64,000 nt of DNA from Macrostomum lignano (taxonomy: Eukaryota): assembly GCA_002269645.1 (NCBI GenBank), contig NIVC01000419.1:62001-126000 (forward strand), given 5' to 3'. Numbering within the stretch: position 1 is the first letter of the stretch; every line of letters begins with the position of its first letter. The notes under the pieces were generated by a model. It ran no database searches and was not told where the DNA came from. It was given only the letters and a program-made list of their open reading frames with translations. The translations under genes were made by a program, and so were the position numbers. Shown piece after piece: positions 10,408 to 23,322 of this stretch.

Positions 10408-12637
10408 TCAGGTTCGTCTTTGAGCCTTCAGAAGCTCCTGCTTCACTGATTGGTATTTGGCTTTGAGCTTCTCCATCTCGAGTCTGGTCTCTTCCAGTTT
10501 CTTATTGGCCAAGTCTGCAGTCTCCGCAGCCTGTGCCAGGCCTCTCTTGGCTTCGTCAAGGCGTCGGTTGAGGCTGGCGATCTCGGAGGCGTCACTGACC
10601 TGAGCCAGTCTCAGCGTCGCGTCTCTGCACTGCAGCTCCGAGTTTTCCTGCCTCAGGCTGGCCAACTTCGTCTCCAACTTCGCCACCCGTCGCGCCTCCA
10701 ATATGAACTTTTCTCGAATCTCCTCGGCCACTTGGCTGACGGCGCTTATCTGCTTTTTATGCCCCTCGATTTCCTTGTAGAGGTCGCAGTTGGCTGCGTC
10801 AACTTGATGAGAGCAGCGCTGCAAGTTCTCGGAGTATTCGCTTGACTGTTGCAGCTGGGACCTCGCCTCCACCAGCTCCTTGGCTATCGAGCTGGCTTTC
10901 TTGCGGAGTTGTACGCTGAAATCAAAATTGAATCTTGTGAAATATTGGAAAAATTGATTACACCTGCCCTAATAGGCTATTGCGCGGCGCATCTGAAGGC
11001 TGCGTACGGCTGTTCAGTCCAAGAACAACGAGGGTAGCCACACAAACCCCCTGACCTTTCAGTCGTGAGTCAGACGCTCTAACCACTGGGCTACAACCCC
11101 CTTATATATCTAAGTGGTTATGTAGGGATTGTTATAAAGCCAACCTGTCAAGTAGAACATCGCTTTGTGACAGAAAACAAAAGCTGTCAATGCTGGCTGG
11201 TTGGCTTTGAGCCTCCCTGCTCGTTTCCGCTCCTTGACCAGCCCTTGCGCCACTGGAGCCTAAGCTAATGCGCTCGACAAGCTTAAGCGTCTCGGCAGAG
11301 GAGTCGGTCATCGTGCCAGCATCGTTGCTTCTGAAGTTATCGGTTGAGAAGCTACTCAAACCAAACTGCTTAACCAACTCAAACATCTCGGCCTTCTCTG
11401 CCTCGTGCTTCTCGCTGAGCTCCTGCAGTTCCCGCCTGGCTTCCTCGGTCAGCCTCTCCTGCTCTCGGATTTTCTCCTCAAACTCCTTCCTCATCGCTTC
11501 AATAGCGCTCGAGTGCTCAGCAACAAGTCTGTCAACCTCTGCTCGACATCTCTCCCGCTCTGAGGTCAGCGCCCGCTCATTCTCAGCTTGAGCAGCCTGC
11601 AAGTTGCCTTCATTTTCCTTCTTTGCACCTGTCAGCTCCAGGTGTAGCGCTTTGACCTCAGCAGCATGATTGGTCTGCAGCTCAGCCAACTCCTGTTGCC
11701 ACTTGTCTCGCTCAGCCTCCACCGCTGCGCTTCGTTCTTCATCAAACTTGGCCTGCAGCTTCTGAGTCTCAGCTGCCAGCGTCTCATCTCTGCTGCGCTG
11801 CAGGTCGGCCTTCTCAGACTCCAGGCGCTCCTTGGTGTTGGTCAGCAGGTTGTACTGGTTCTTCAGTTTCTGGTAGTCTTCGCTGGTCTGCTGCCACTCC
11901 TCCTCTCGGGTGCGCAGCCTCGCCAACTCGGCCTTCATCTGCTCACTGCTGGCTAGCAGAGTCTCGCACTGCTCAGTCTTTTCTCCCAGCTCAGCATCCT
12001 TGTCCTCCAGCTTCTTCTTCATCTCGGCTTGCCGTTCCCGCATCAGGTTGCGAATCTGCTCGATACTTCCGCTGTTGTCTCTCAGGCTGTCGTGCAGGCT
12101 GGCCTGCTGCTGGCTCACCTGGCTGATCTGCTGGGCCATCTTCTGCAGCTCAGACTCCGATGATGATGAGTCTAGGCCTCCTTTAGGCTGATTGGGTACA
12201 CTTAGTCGGTTATTCTCTCCTTCTTGTGTAGCCTTGAGTCTTTTAAGCTCTTCTCTGGCTTCAACAAGCGCCGAATCCTGATCTCGAATTTTGTCCTCGA
12301 ACTGCTTTTGCGTTGCCTCCATTTCTTGCTCCCATTTCGCTCGTTCTGCTGCAACTGCCGCAGCCAGTTCTTCATCAAATTTGGCTTGAAGCTTCTCCGT
12401 AGCCTCCACCATGGCTTGATCCTTGACTTTCTGCAGATCTGCACTCTCCAGTCCATTCCTTCTCTGCCTTGGAAGCGACTGAGAACGATATGGCTGCATG
12501 CTCTCCGCTTCCTTTAGCCGAATTTCCAGCTGCGACACTTTAAACTTGAGCTTTCGACTTTTTTCCCTTAATTTCTCGCACTCTTTAGTCTTTTCTTCAA
12601 GCGACTGCCTGTACAGTTCGTTGTTATCGTCCGCCAT
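10408..12637 (-). CDS. Coiled-coil family gene A (2 coding exons, about 666 aa)
   Basis: Exon 12637-11145 ends GACAG|GTTGGC (phase 2). The acceptor tttcag|C at 10915 continues in frame (SVQLRKKASSIAKELVEARSQL...) to TGA at 10410-10408. E/K/Q/L-rich heptad protein that shares DATLRLAQ...LDEA with genes B and C. Confidence 0.8.
10961..11100 (-). mobile_element. tRNA-derived SINE, copy with large internal deletion, in the gene A intron
   Basis: The minus strand reads GGGGTTGTAGCCCAGTGGTTAGAGCGTCTGACTCACG, then jumps to the tail CTTGGACTGAACAGCCGTACGCAGCC shared with the copies at 56058 and 59898. B box and CORE are absent. Confidence 0.75.
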
Positions 12638-14685
12638 TTGAAGTACTTAACACTGGTCCGGGTTTGATGTTCTTGAAAATTCAGCAAAAGCAATTGTAAT
12701 TGTCTTAAATTCTTGTCTGCGTTGGCTCTGAGCTATGATACTGCACAAGCTTCATAGTTATAAGGCTATTTTCAACTGTACTGGGCAAGACTGTACAACC
12801 TATGTAAACGTATTGTCAGCCACCTTATCTTAGAGGGTTAAGGAGTTGACAAAATCATGCACACTGCTGTGCAGCCATTTTGCTTTTTATTTTAGCCTTG
12901 ACGAATTGCTCACAAAAAACAGCGAGGGTTGAAACTGTGGGCCCAGGCATAACTAGACAATTTGTTGAAACGAAGAACGAAAATGCTAAAATTATATTTC
13001 CAAATCCGTAGCAGTGAATAAGTATTGTACAGAGACAAAGTTATTCACTAAAGATAATTCTTTTTTTTCACTTGCCAAGCTGCTAGCATCGGAAGGCTGT
13101 AATTTCTGTAAACCTGCTGTGAGTTTGAGTAGCAGAAATCAGCAGTTAGCATTGGAAGGCTGGAAGTATCACAACCCCTGGTTACATATGGGACCCTTCT
13201 CGCACTGTTAGTAGTTTTTTTACCCAAGCATTTCGTCGGTCACATTCACAATAGATCCCCTGTTGAGAAGTCCTTGGGTTGGTGCAGCAGACTCTCGATG
13301 AACACCCAAGCAGAGTCCTATCTTCGGATAAAGGCAACCTCGATCCGTGGTCCCTTTCAGCGGCCCGGCGGCACCTTAGCTTGTCGGATAGGTTGGTATA
13401 GAGACTTGCCCTCAGGCAATGTTGCGTCAAAGTTGCTTTCATGAATTCTTTCATCTGCTTCCACAACGTCATGAACAGATTGGCAAGTTCAATAGCGTCG
13501 AGTCGCTTTAGTTCTTCTTGAAGTTTAGGTGGTGATGTAGTATTGCCGTCCTCTTTGCCAAGGTTGTCCTCAACTAACGATAGAAAATCCGTCGTTTCGA
13601 CGTCGTGGTTTTTCCCCGCGTTAATACGTCGTTTTGACATCGTATTTATGTCTTTTCGATGTCGTATGTATGTCGTTTCGACATTGATGGAACGTCGTTT
13701 TTATATCATATGTACGTCGCAATGTCGTATCGATGTCGTATTCATTTGTATGTATAGGTTCTGCATGCCGATGTCATTAAGTAGATTAAGGGATTTGCGC
13801 TGTATATAGTTAGTGGGGCTAGCAAATAGCAATAAAAGTGCCGATCTAAAAAGCAGGAACTTAAGGGTTCATAGTAGATAATTTATTGCGCTCTATTTCA
13901 TCAATGTTGCTGCTGGTGAAGCTTTTCAATTCTATATCCATATCTGCATGCATTTCAATTTCGTAAGCTTGAAAACACGGCATCGTCGAAAATTCCTCGG
14001 GCTTGACAAATAAAAAAGGTATAATCGATAAAAAATAAGTTGCGTTGAGTCTACGTCGTTCTAAAGCGTTTCATGAATACGACCGCAAAATTGGTCTTTT
14101 AATTAGGCATGAAAGTTTGCATCAAATTATCACCATTTTCTCAGGTTCACTGACGACCTATTCTCGCAGATTTGGTAATGCGCACACCATTAGCAATACC
14201 ATACAGCTGCGATCTCCGTTGGAGGGAGGCTGCTGTTACCATAGAAACATGGATTGGTTTCATTGGGCCAGCGGGGTAGACAACAGGATAAGCGAATTCC
14301 AGGAAGAGTGCCAATTTATAAAATTAATACATGTATAGAAGCGCGAAGTACTTAAGTTATCTCGTACTGCGGTCTGAGCCAGTTTATTTGCTAATGGTCT
14401 AACACTTAGTAGGAGCAAGACTCATCAACATCAAATAAAGTTTCAAAACTCATTCTCAAATTGATGCCGATGGGGCAGTAAATCGCCAAAACTGACAGGT
14501 ATTGCATACATGCTTTTCGGCTATATAACTCAGAAATTTAGTCGAATATTTCGACATAGTACCTACTTCAAACACGTTGGTGTTAGAAACAGAAAAACTA
14601 TTATGGGCTACAAGCTGCGGTAAGTCAAACCTGCATATTTCTGCGAGTTCATGCAAACAAAAATAAATTGACTCTCCACATTTTA

Positions 14686-15015
14686 GAGTGGCATTGCTCT
14701 ATGCACTGCTGCAGCTGCTTGTTCCTCATGGAACTGCTCAGGACGACTGTTCGAACGAGGTTTCTTTCAAACCAATCAATGGATTTTTCTGCATCAACCC
14801 TGAGTTTGTGCAGACCTTCGGCATGGCTACCGATAAGCTCTCTTGCTCGCTGATGTGCAGCCGCAAACGGTGCTGTCAAGCGTCACGGTGTGAACGCCAC
14901 CGAGATGAGCCACATGGAGACGATCTACAGCAAATAAAGCGCTGGATTCACCTTGTGGCAACCAGCCGGCTGGCAGCACCGAGAAACGAGGCGGCTGGTA
15001 CTGAGTCGGTCGGTT
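14686..15015 (+). pseudogene. Pseudogene of the PAN/Apple + C-type lectin gene (about 250-bp internal deletion, stops)
   Basis: Hydrophobic leader, then GFFCINPEF...CSLMCSRKRCCQA, joined directly to VNATEMSHMETIYSK* and QPAGSTEKRGGWY*VG. Collinear with 18837-19580 (GYLCIRSDF...CATLCSRNPRCQA; VDASEMSHVDSIY; QPAGSPEPAGGWYWVG). Confidence 0.8.
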
Positions 15016-15067
15016 CGATGAGCTTGGGGGTGTTGGCCGTACATTGTTTAACTCTCTGACCCTAAAG

Positions 15068-15460
15068 TGTACAATGCCTGCCCCGTCACTCTGCAGCCAA
15101 TCAGCTTGCACGCTTCTTGCTTATCAGGCGCAACTCCACCCCACGCAAATATTGATTTCTAAATATATATTGGCGCTCAAAGCCGCGCAGTGGCCAAGCC
15201 TTTTCTTACCCCTAAAACAAATCTACATTGGCATCGCTAGCAGGAATGTCTGTGCCTCTACAACTGCCCCCACCTGAGCCTTTCGATACTCAGAAAGAGC
15301 CACACAACCTCTCAGCACGGTGGGCAGAATGGGCCAACCGATTCAAGTGCTTTGTGACTGCAAGCGGCATGACAGATTCAAGTCAACAACGAGAGATTCT
15401 ACTTTACGTCGGCGGCAAACAGGTGGCTGAAGCGGACAAAACTTGGCCAGATACGAGCTA
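15068..15460 (+). mobile_element. Gypsy LTR retrotransposon 5' remnant (candidate LTR, PBS, gag start)
   Basis: TGTACA...CTACA (15068-15227) is followed by PBS TGGCATCGCTAGCAGGA (15229-15245), whose layout fits a tRNA 3' end with a GCAGG T-stem (Ser-like; inference). Then gag N-terminus LPPPEPFD...RWAEWANRFKCFVTASG...REILLYVGG. The LTR start cannot be confirmed without a second LTR. Confidence 0.75.
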
Positions 15461-17250
15461 TGTGACGCAGCCTAAAAATCTGCAAATTTGCTCCGTCTTT
15501 AGACGTGAGGTATTCGACGTCATTTGGCCTCGTCATCTCCTTGATTGCTTTGAATTTCATCGGGTCAGCACGTAATCCTTCAGAGCTCAGCACATATCCC
15601 AGGTAGTTGAGTTCTTGGACGCAAACTCGCATCTTCTCGCAGCTTCCAGCGATATCGGCCAAATGGAGTGTGGAATGTTGTCAAGAAAGAACTTTCGTCG
15701 TCGAGTTTCAGCTGATGGAAGCTCTCGTTCGCGTCAAATGAGCTGTACAGGATGGATGGCTCCAGCGGTCGCAGTTCGCACCTCCTTGGCCGTCAAAATT
15801 GGATGGTACTCACGAACGATGAACCTATTCAGGTATGTCGGATCCAGGCACAGCCACATGGATCCGTCCTTCTTCCACACGATGGCCACATTGGAGACCC
15901 ATTGTTCCTACTCATCAACTCTCAAAATGGTACCTTCTTTCTCCATTCCCTCAAGCTCACACTTAAGTGGTTGATACGCAGCGAACGGCACCTTGCGAGG
16001 TTGCTGCACTTTTGGAGCGGCGTTGTCAGAAAGCCGGATGGTGTACGGTTGCTTCATGCAGCCAACGCCATTGAATACTTCAGGGTATGCGGCTTTCAAC
16101 TGAGAGGCTGTGAGTTCTGACACCTGCTGTTTTTGCACTTTGCAAATAGTTTCTTGACCAACTGAAGCCCCTTGATTGCTGATTTCCAACCGATAAACGG
16201 TGTAGAGTTCTCGCCGATGACTAAAAACTGAAGTCTGACATTCTTACGGCAGGGCGATGACACTGGGTCAGCTGTCTCAGAGGAATCACATTGACATCCG
16301 CCCCAGTGTCTACATTGAAGCGCAGTTTTCTTCCGGAGTCTGTGACTGACAGGCAAACCATCATAGCCGAGGCATCAGTCTGCAGCTTGGGCTGGCGAGC
16401 ATTCGGCTTCTCCACCGTCATGATAGCTGCTGCCGGAGCATCGCCAGCACAGTCAGCCTTGAAGTCCTCCACCAGCTCGTGACATTCGCTGAGCGGCTCA
16501 CGGACGCAAAATGATTTTTGAAATTGTGCGACCACAATTATTGCAGGTCTTACCGAAGGCCGGGCACTTGCGCCGCTCATGCTGCTGTCCGCAAAATCCG
16601 CAGCTTCGAGCCGATCTGGCGTGGCCGACTGTCGCTTTGGCTTGGTTTTGCACGGCATCGACAGACGTTGGCGCGGGTGCAGGCGCCGCTCGGCTAATCT
16701 GCTCAGTGGCCAGGGTCCGAGCCTGCGGCTTCGAAGTCTCGGATGTTCGACCCATCTGGATGGCGCGATCATCTGGATGGCGTTTTATTTGACAGAGGCT
16801 CGCAGTAGTTTTAAATGCCTCGACTACTTTGTAGTAAATAGCTACCTTGTCTGCAGGAAACATGGAGAATATATCTTGACTGTCGGATCCCAGGGCGGTT
16901 ATCAGAATGGCAATCCTAACATCGTTGCTTTGTTCAGTTCTTTTCGTAGCTTTTATATAAAGATCGAACGATTTGATCCACCTTCTCCAGTTGTCCGCCC
17001 TTTGGTGTCAAAAACCATAGGCTCTGGCGGCCTTAATCTATGCTTGCCAGACTGGACAGGTAGGTAGTTTAGACTTGCGACGCCATGTTATGAAATAAGC
17101 CAAGTCATGATAGTTGCAATTAGCTACGAAAACTCTTAGACCCACTGTACATGGAAGGGGTGTGGGAAGTGTACACAGAAGTACACGAAACTGCGAGAGT
17201 AAATATTATTACTAGCACACAAGACACACAACAATCGTCAGATATGTACA
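15461..17250 (-). mobile_element. Gypsy LTR retrotransposon, degenerate and 3'-truncated (LTR, PBS, gag, protease, partial RT)
   Basis: Candidate LTR 17250-17086 (TGT...ACA) and PBS TGGCGTCGCAAG. Gag LRPPEPMVFD...DLYIKATK, zinc knuckles CGFCGQQHERRKCPAFGKTCNNCG, protease LRFNVDTGADVNVIP, RT WVSNVAIVWKKDGSMWLCLDPTYLN and ELNYLGYVLSSEGLRADP. Several frameshifts and an internal RT deletion. Confidence 0.92.
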
Positions 17251-18836
17251 CTTGGAGGTTGGCCCTCAATGGATGCGAATTGCATGACAATCAACTGTCG
17301 AATTGCTCGTGCACAAGCCCCAAATGAATATGGCCACACGCACGGAATCGAGTTCCCTGGTGACTCCTTCCGCCGAACCTAATTCGTTTGCGATCCCTAT
17401 CTGAGCTAGCTTGAGAGCCTCTATCACCTGGTCAACCATTTTGATACAAAAAAATGCTGGAAAAAACAATGAAAACCGGGCGGAAGCTTCAATCCATCCA
17501 TCTTCGCCCTCCGCTCTTCCCAATCCCTCTTCACCCAGCCCAGCTCTGCGTCGCGTGGCGCAAGTTGCGTCACTCAAAAGTCAATACTGAGCTGGAATTT
17601 ACTGCGCTCTCTCAAAGTGGCGACTTTTTAATGTTGTTGAGTATACTTGCTCTTTTGATTACAGTTATTTGCTGCAGATGCGGAAGTGACACAAAGGTTC
17701 ATACCAAGTTCATTCTTGCATCCGCAAATAAACCGAATGCACTATTTTGTATTCAAAACAGCAGAAGCGCACTTAATTTGCATGCGCGTATTATTGTAGC
17801 AGATTTGCGTATTTTAGCGTCAATTTAACCGCGTACTCAGTCGAAACATTGCCTGTCGCAGGCTGAGGTGGATAATCCTAGAGAGCGAAGCCTAGTGGTT
17901 GTAATTTAGCGCCAGAAGTACAAGAAGTAAGCTCGTACTTTAGCGATAGCGCCGACCACACGATTAAAAGCATTTTAATTGGTGGGTATCAGCAGGACGC
18001 CTGCTCAGGTACAGCAATAGATGTAACTTTCGTCTGACCGGCATTGCTGCTAAATTTAGGTGGTTGTGAGTAGCGTAGCTACTCTGAGTTAGCGAACACG
18101 TCCCAGGGGGGGGGGCGCCCCCGGGCCTGTGTGGGCTCTCCGTTGCGCGTGCTCTGTCTGGCGGGGTGGTGGGGGCTTGAGTCCCCCACCCGGCCCTTTG
18201 GGGGTTTTTTAGGCCGCGCGGGGCTGCTCTGGCACAGCTACCCTGCTCAATTTTTTATTCTTTTCCCCCCTTTTAAAGGCACATTTGTCTTTAAATCGCC
18301 TTCGTACTCAGCTCATTAATCTATATTCGACCAATCACAAGGGCGCCTGTTCCGCCCGGGTTCGTCTCCCTCCCCCGTGACGTGCCTTCGCCTTCCTTCC
18401 TCGGCGTCGTTCGCTAAAGCTAAATATAATTATGAATGGCCCATGTGGGTACTGGGTCGACAAATTATTGGATATTGCATGCATAATTCATAAATCAACG
18501 AGCTCCATCAACAGTGGAGTAGGACACATTAAACTTTACGGGGTGAAAAGACAGACAGGAATCATAGCTTTAATGATGAGCAGGATGAAAACGGCTACCC
18601 CTCGTAGTATATTAAGGAATGGCTTGTGACTCATGCACCACCTGTGCTGCATGGCGGGGGGGGGCGTTGCAAGCTAAATGTTTTGACTGTTTGTCATGGT
18701 AGCAATGGACCATCCTCAAGCGATATTTTAATCTAGCATTGGCCAGTTAGGGGAATATTACCCTTTCCTTGCCCCCAGAAAGACTAGAGGGTAATAGAAG
18801 TTTTTTACGATACATTACAAAGCGATTAACTTCAAG

Positions 18837-19580
18837 ATGCTCAGCTCCGGAGCTCACGTCAAACTGGCAATCATTCTGCTGGCTCTGCAAGCTCCAGCTG
18901 CGATGCAGGACGCCTACAACCTGATCACCGGCTACCTGTGCATCAGGAGCGACTTCATTGAAATTCCAGGCGACTCGAACTCTGAGATCGGGTGCGCCAC
19001 TCTGTGCAGCCGCAATCCGCGTTGTCAGGCGTTCAGCCTGGCTGACGGTCCGTGCCAGCTGTTCGTGTTCGACAAGTGCAGCAAGTCGGTGAGGGACTGC
19101 GGCTGCTCCAGGAGAGGCCGGGTGTTTGTGAAGCAGCAGCCGGGACTCGAGGCGGGCGCGCTGTGTCCGTCTGGCTACAGAGACGACCTGTGCAGAGTAA
19201 AGTACGAGCTGCACTTTAACGTCGATTTCTGGTGGCCGAGCAGACGCCTGTGCGAGTCGGAGAGCGGTCTGGTGATCATGGCCGACGTTGTGGACGCCTC
19301 CGAGATGAGCCACGTGGACTCGATCTACGACAGCCGGGCGGGCGGCACCTCGTTCTGGCTGGGCGGCCTTCAGCCGGCTGGCAGCCCGGAGCCAGCAGGC
19401 GGCTGGTACTGGGTCGGCTGCAACATCTCCGTTGACGCCACCCTGTGGGGCATCGGCGAGCCCGAGGATCCGCAGAATCCTATCGGAAGGTGGTACGCTC
19501 ACAACAAGCTGTCTGACTTCAGTGAGGTCTCTGCTACCCCGCGAGCCGTCCTGTGCGAATGCTGGTCTCCCTTTGACTGA
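18837..19580 (+). CDS. Secreted PAN/Apple + C-type lectin domain protein (single exon, 247 aa)
   Basis: Signal-peptide-like VKLAIILLALQAPAA. PAN-like CATLCSRNPRCQAFSLADGPCQL. CTLD hallmarks SRRLCES, FWLGG, WYWVG, LWGIGEP and terminal LCEC. High GC3. Confidence 0.88.
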   Translation: MLSSGAHVKLAIILLALQAPAAMQDAYNLITGYLCIRSDFIEIPGDSNSEIGCATLCSRNPRCQAFSLADGPCQLFVFDKCSKSVRDCGCSRRGRVFVKQQPGLEAGALCPSGYRDDLCRVKYELHFNVDFWWPSRRLCESESGLVIMADVVDASEMSHVDSIYDSRAGGTSFWLGGLQPAGSPEPAGGWYWVGCNISVDATLWGIGEPEDPQNPIGRWYAHNKLSDFSEVSATPRAVLCECWSPFD

Positions 19581-20741
19581 GAGACGCAACTAAATCAAGT
19601 ATGAAGTGCAAGAAGAAAAACTAACTTTGTATCTGCGTAGAAGCTATGCCTATCTTAGTACAGTAAGTTTTGACTCCGCAAAAAGGATTCTTCAAAGTTT
19701 TCTTGTGCTTTAACTTTTTTTCATTTTGCCTGTCGATTAAAATAATATTTACAAATTTTCCCGCAAGAACAATTTGTCCTATCATAGAAATCGTTTCAAA
19801 CAATTTTTGTATTTAGCACCCAGAAGTGTTACTAATTTTTTTTCAATTACAGATGTTCCGTCGATAGTTGAGTTCAAGAAATACAAGTTTGCATTTCCGA
19901 TTTTAGTGTCGATCTCCGACTGCTTTTTAGAGCAGAGGTGAGTGCACTCTCTAATCGACGGTTTCAAGGATCCACTTGGGGAAATAATGCGAAAGCTATC
20001 CTGCATGTGTTCCTCCAACAGTCCTTAGTGAATAATTCAGCGACGAGGTCAACTTCCGCGAACGTTAGGCCGTCTAGAATATCGACGGGACGGTTACCAT
20101 GGTGTTGCAACCTGACACCGGTAACCAGTTTGATCCATCTTCTCGATGCTCCGTCGTCTGCTCCGTCAACTGCTAGTTCACAGTTGGTTGACTAGCTGTC
20201 TAGCCCTCATTTTACAGTGCGTGACAATCAAAATCATTCTAATAAAAGACAATGATTTCAAAGTCTCTTTTCACCCGTTCTATGGTAATTACGCGGGATA
20301 CTTTTTATCTAGCTATGGTTAAAATGCGATACAATGACGATCTAGGACGTACCACACATACTCGTATCATATTATAGCATATACATGTAGCTATAGCATA
20401 TCATAGAAGTCAATTCAGGTTTATTGTCATAGACTATGTCTGTGTGACAAGCAAACTCAGACTGCAAGCACGCAATCTCAGCCAAATCATGGTTGCAACA
20501 ATGACAATATACAGCACATTTGACATTTCTTAACTCAACTTGCGCGCCCTACTTTTCTGCCTCCACACGGAAATTGCCCCTATTAACATGCTGAGAGACA
20601 ACCACAATCATGGTTATTCCTATCAGATATCTATCATAACATGAGACTGCCCAATCAAAGGCTAACCTGCTCCGAGCTTGACTGAGCAGCAAATCTCTCA
20701 ACTTACAGCGGAGTAAAGCAGATTTGTTCACTTTGAACAAA

Positions 20742-21571
<830 letters not shown>

Positions 21572-21589
21572 TTTTTTTACGGAATTCAC

Positions 21590-21893
21590 TGTCTGCAATT
21601 GCGTGTGACTATACTGGCTCTGTACTTGAGTCGCAGCTCAGTTACAGTACTGCAGTTCAAAGTTAGAGGGACATTAAAACGTCTAATATATGTACAGCAC
21701 TAGAGTGGTCCCAGAGTGTACAACACAAAGCGAAAACTCATAGCTTGTATACACATACTACCTCAAACACAATGCTCCTGTCTGTCTCTCCTTGCTTTCT
21801 TCTGTCTTATCGCAATAAAATGGTAAAAAAGAATCTCATTAAGAATTTAGTGCAGTTGGTTCTTCCAGCATTCAAAGCGGCACACTGAGTAGA
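21590..21893 (+). promoter_or_regulatory. Conserved upstream block of the U-type genes
   Basis: The blocks GCGTGTGA..TACTGGCTCTGTACTTGAG and CACAAAGCGAAAA(C/T)TCA recur upstream of U2 (about 29830-30228), U4 (38090-38478), U5 (42080-42372) and U6 (48055-48313). Function is inferred from position only. Confidence 0.5.
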
Positions 21894-23322
21894 ATGAGTT
21901 CCAGCTGTGCAAATCATGGATCAGAACTTGACAGTATCGAAATATTAACCATTTTGCTTGAAAAGGTTTTTGATGGCGACATAGTTCAGGCAGAAACTGA
22001 CATCGGCACCTTGTGAGTTTCATTTCTTATATTAGCTAGTACAGGTTGTCGGCCTAATTACTGCTGTCAATATGAACTTTTTACTTTTCCAGGCTCACCG
22101 GCAGCGCTTCCTCATCTGAGCCATCAGATTCTGAGTAAGTTTTTTGCACGAGTCCACCTTATCTGTAGCTTCTTTTGAAGCTGAATTTGTGCAACTAAAT
22201 TTAACTTTTAAAATTATTATTCTTTACTAATGTTGTTGCCCCATTTTTAGTCGATCTTCAGACGGACAAATCGATATTTCAATTCCATCAATGAAAGAAG
22301 TGGCCACCGAGACAGTTGAACCAACAGAACACGAATGCCTGTCACATATTCGACAAGAGCGAGACGGATTGAAGGCTCAATGCTTAGAACTGGAGCAGTG
22401 CATCAATCGAATGCAAGATGAATTGAGGGAACTTGAGGAAGTGAAGCACATCAACGGCTTACTGAAATCCCAGTTGGAGAACAAGGCTTGGAATGTGACC
22501 AACCTGCAGGCTTCAAAGCAAAGCTTGGAAAAACAGTTGAAACAGTCGTCTCAGGAAAATCAGGTACTGAAGTCGCAGCTGGCTGACTTGTCCGCCCAAT
22601 TTGACGAGAGCAGAAAAAATGCTGAGCAAGCTCAAGCCATGGCCGAGAAAACAAATGCTAAACTGGCAGATTTGCAGCAATTGTGCGATGCACTGCAAGA
22701 GGCTCTGAACCACAACAAGACTCAACTGGAAGCCAAGGCAGCCTCTGAGCAGCAGCTGAGGCGAGACATCGAAGACCTCTGCAGGGAAAGAGAAACAGAA
22801 AAGAAGACTCTACTCGAAAGTACTGAAGCCGAAAAAAAGAGAACTACGGACTTAGTTGCACGGCTAAATATGAAACAGGAGGCCTTGCTTCACAAAACTC
22901 AAGCTATGGAAGAGCAGGAAACTGCCAATCAGAGTTTACAGCAGACCGCACAGAAGCTGACAGAGAAAAATCAAATGCTCCAATCTCAGTTGAATGAGGA
23001 ACGGTCGGTTTCTGCCGAAATGAAAAACAGGCTGATTGCGCTATTAAGGAATTTTGAAGCTCAAACTAAATCCCTAGATAATAGTGAAAAGACAATAATG
23101 TTGCTAGAAACCCAGCTTCAAGATAAGGACTCAGCTTTGGCAGAGCTGGAAACTGAGAGTCAAAAGCTTAAGAAAGACTTGACGGAGGAAAAACAATTTT
23201 CAAGTTTTATGCTATTTACATGTGTACTCGTACTTGCTAGCTCTTTATTCGATGTATTCTATCGCAGTTTAGGAAGCTCCAGTCAAGAGACCACAATGGA
23301 GAAGAAAAATCGAGCAACTTAA
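21894..23322 (+). CDS. Coiled-coil family gene U1 (3 exons, about 410 aa, hydrophobic C-terminal segment)
   Basis: Exons 21894-22012, 22093-22134 and 22251-23322, with GTGAGT/GTAAGT-AG phase-2 introns, in frame. N-terminus MSSSCANHGSEL; C-terminus FMLFTCVLVLASSLFDVFY. Confidence 0.85.

Noticed and set aside
13182-13640. 152-aa minus-strand ORF upstream of gene A, next to GTCG/CGAC-rich short repeats (13595-13760)
   Set aside because: No recognisable motif or splice link to gene A. It may be part of an unclassified repeat, but I found no TIR or TSD.
15440-15480. Gypsy junction as the inversion breakpoint explaining the opposite orientation of the two gene arrays
   Set aside because: The lectin paralogues on either side of the junction share the same orientation, so a simple inversion here is unsupported.
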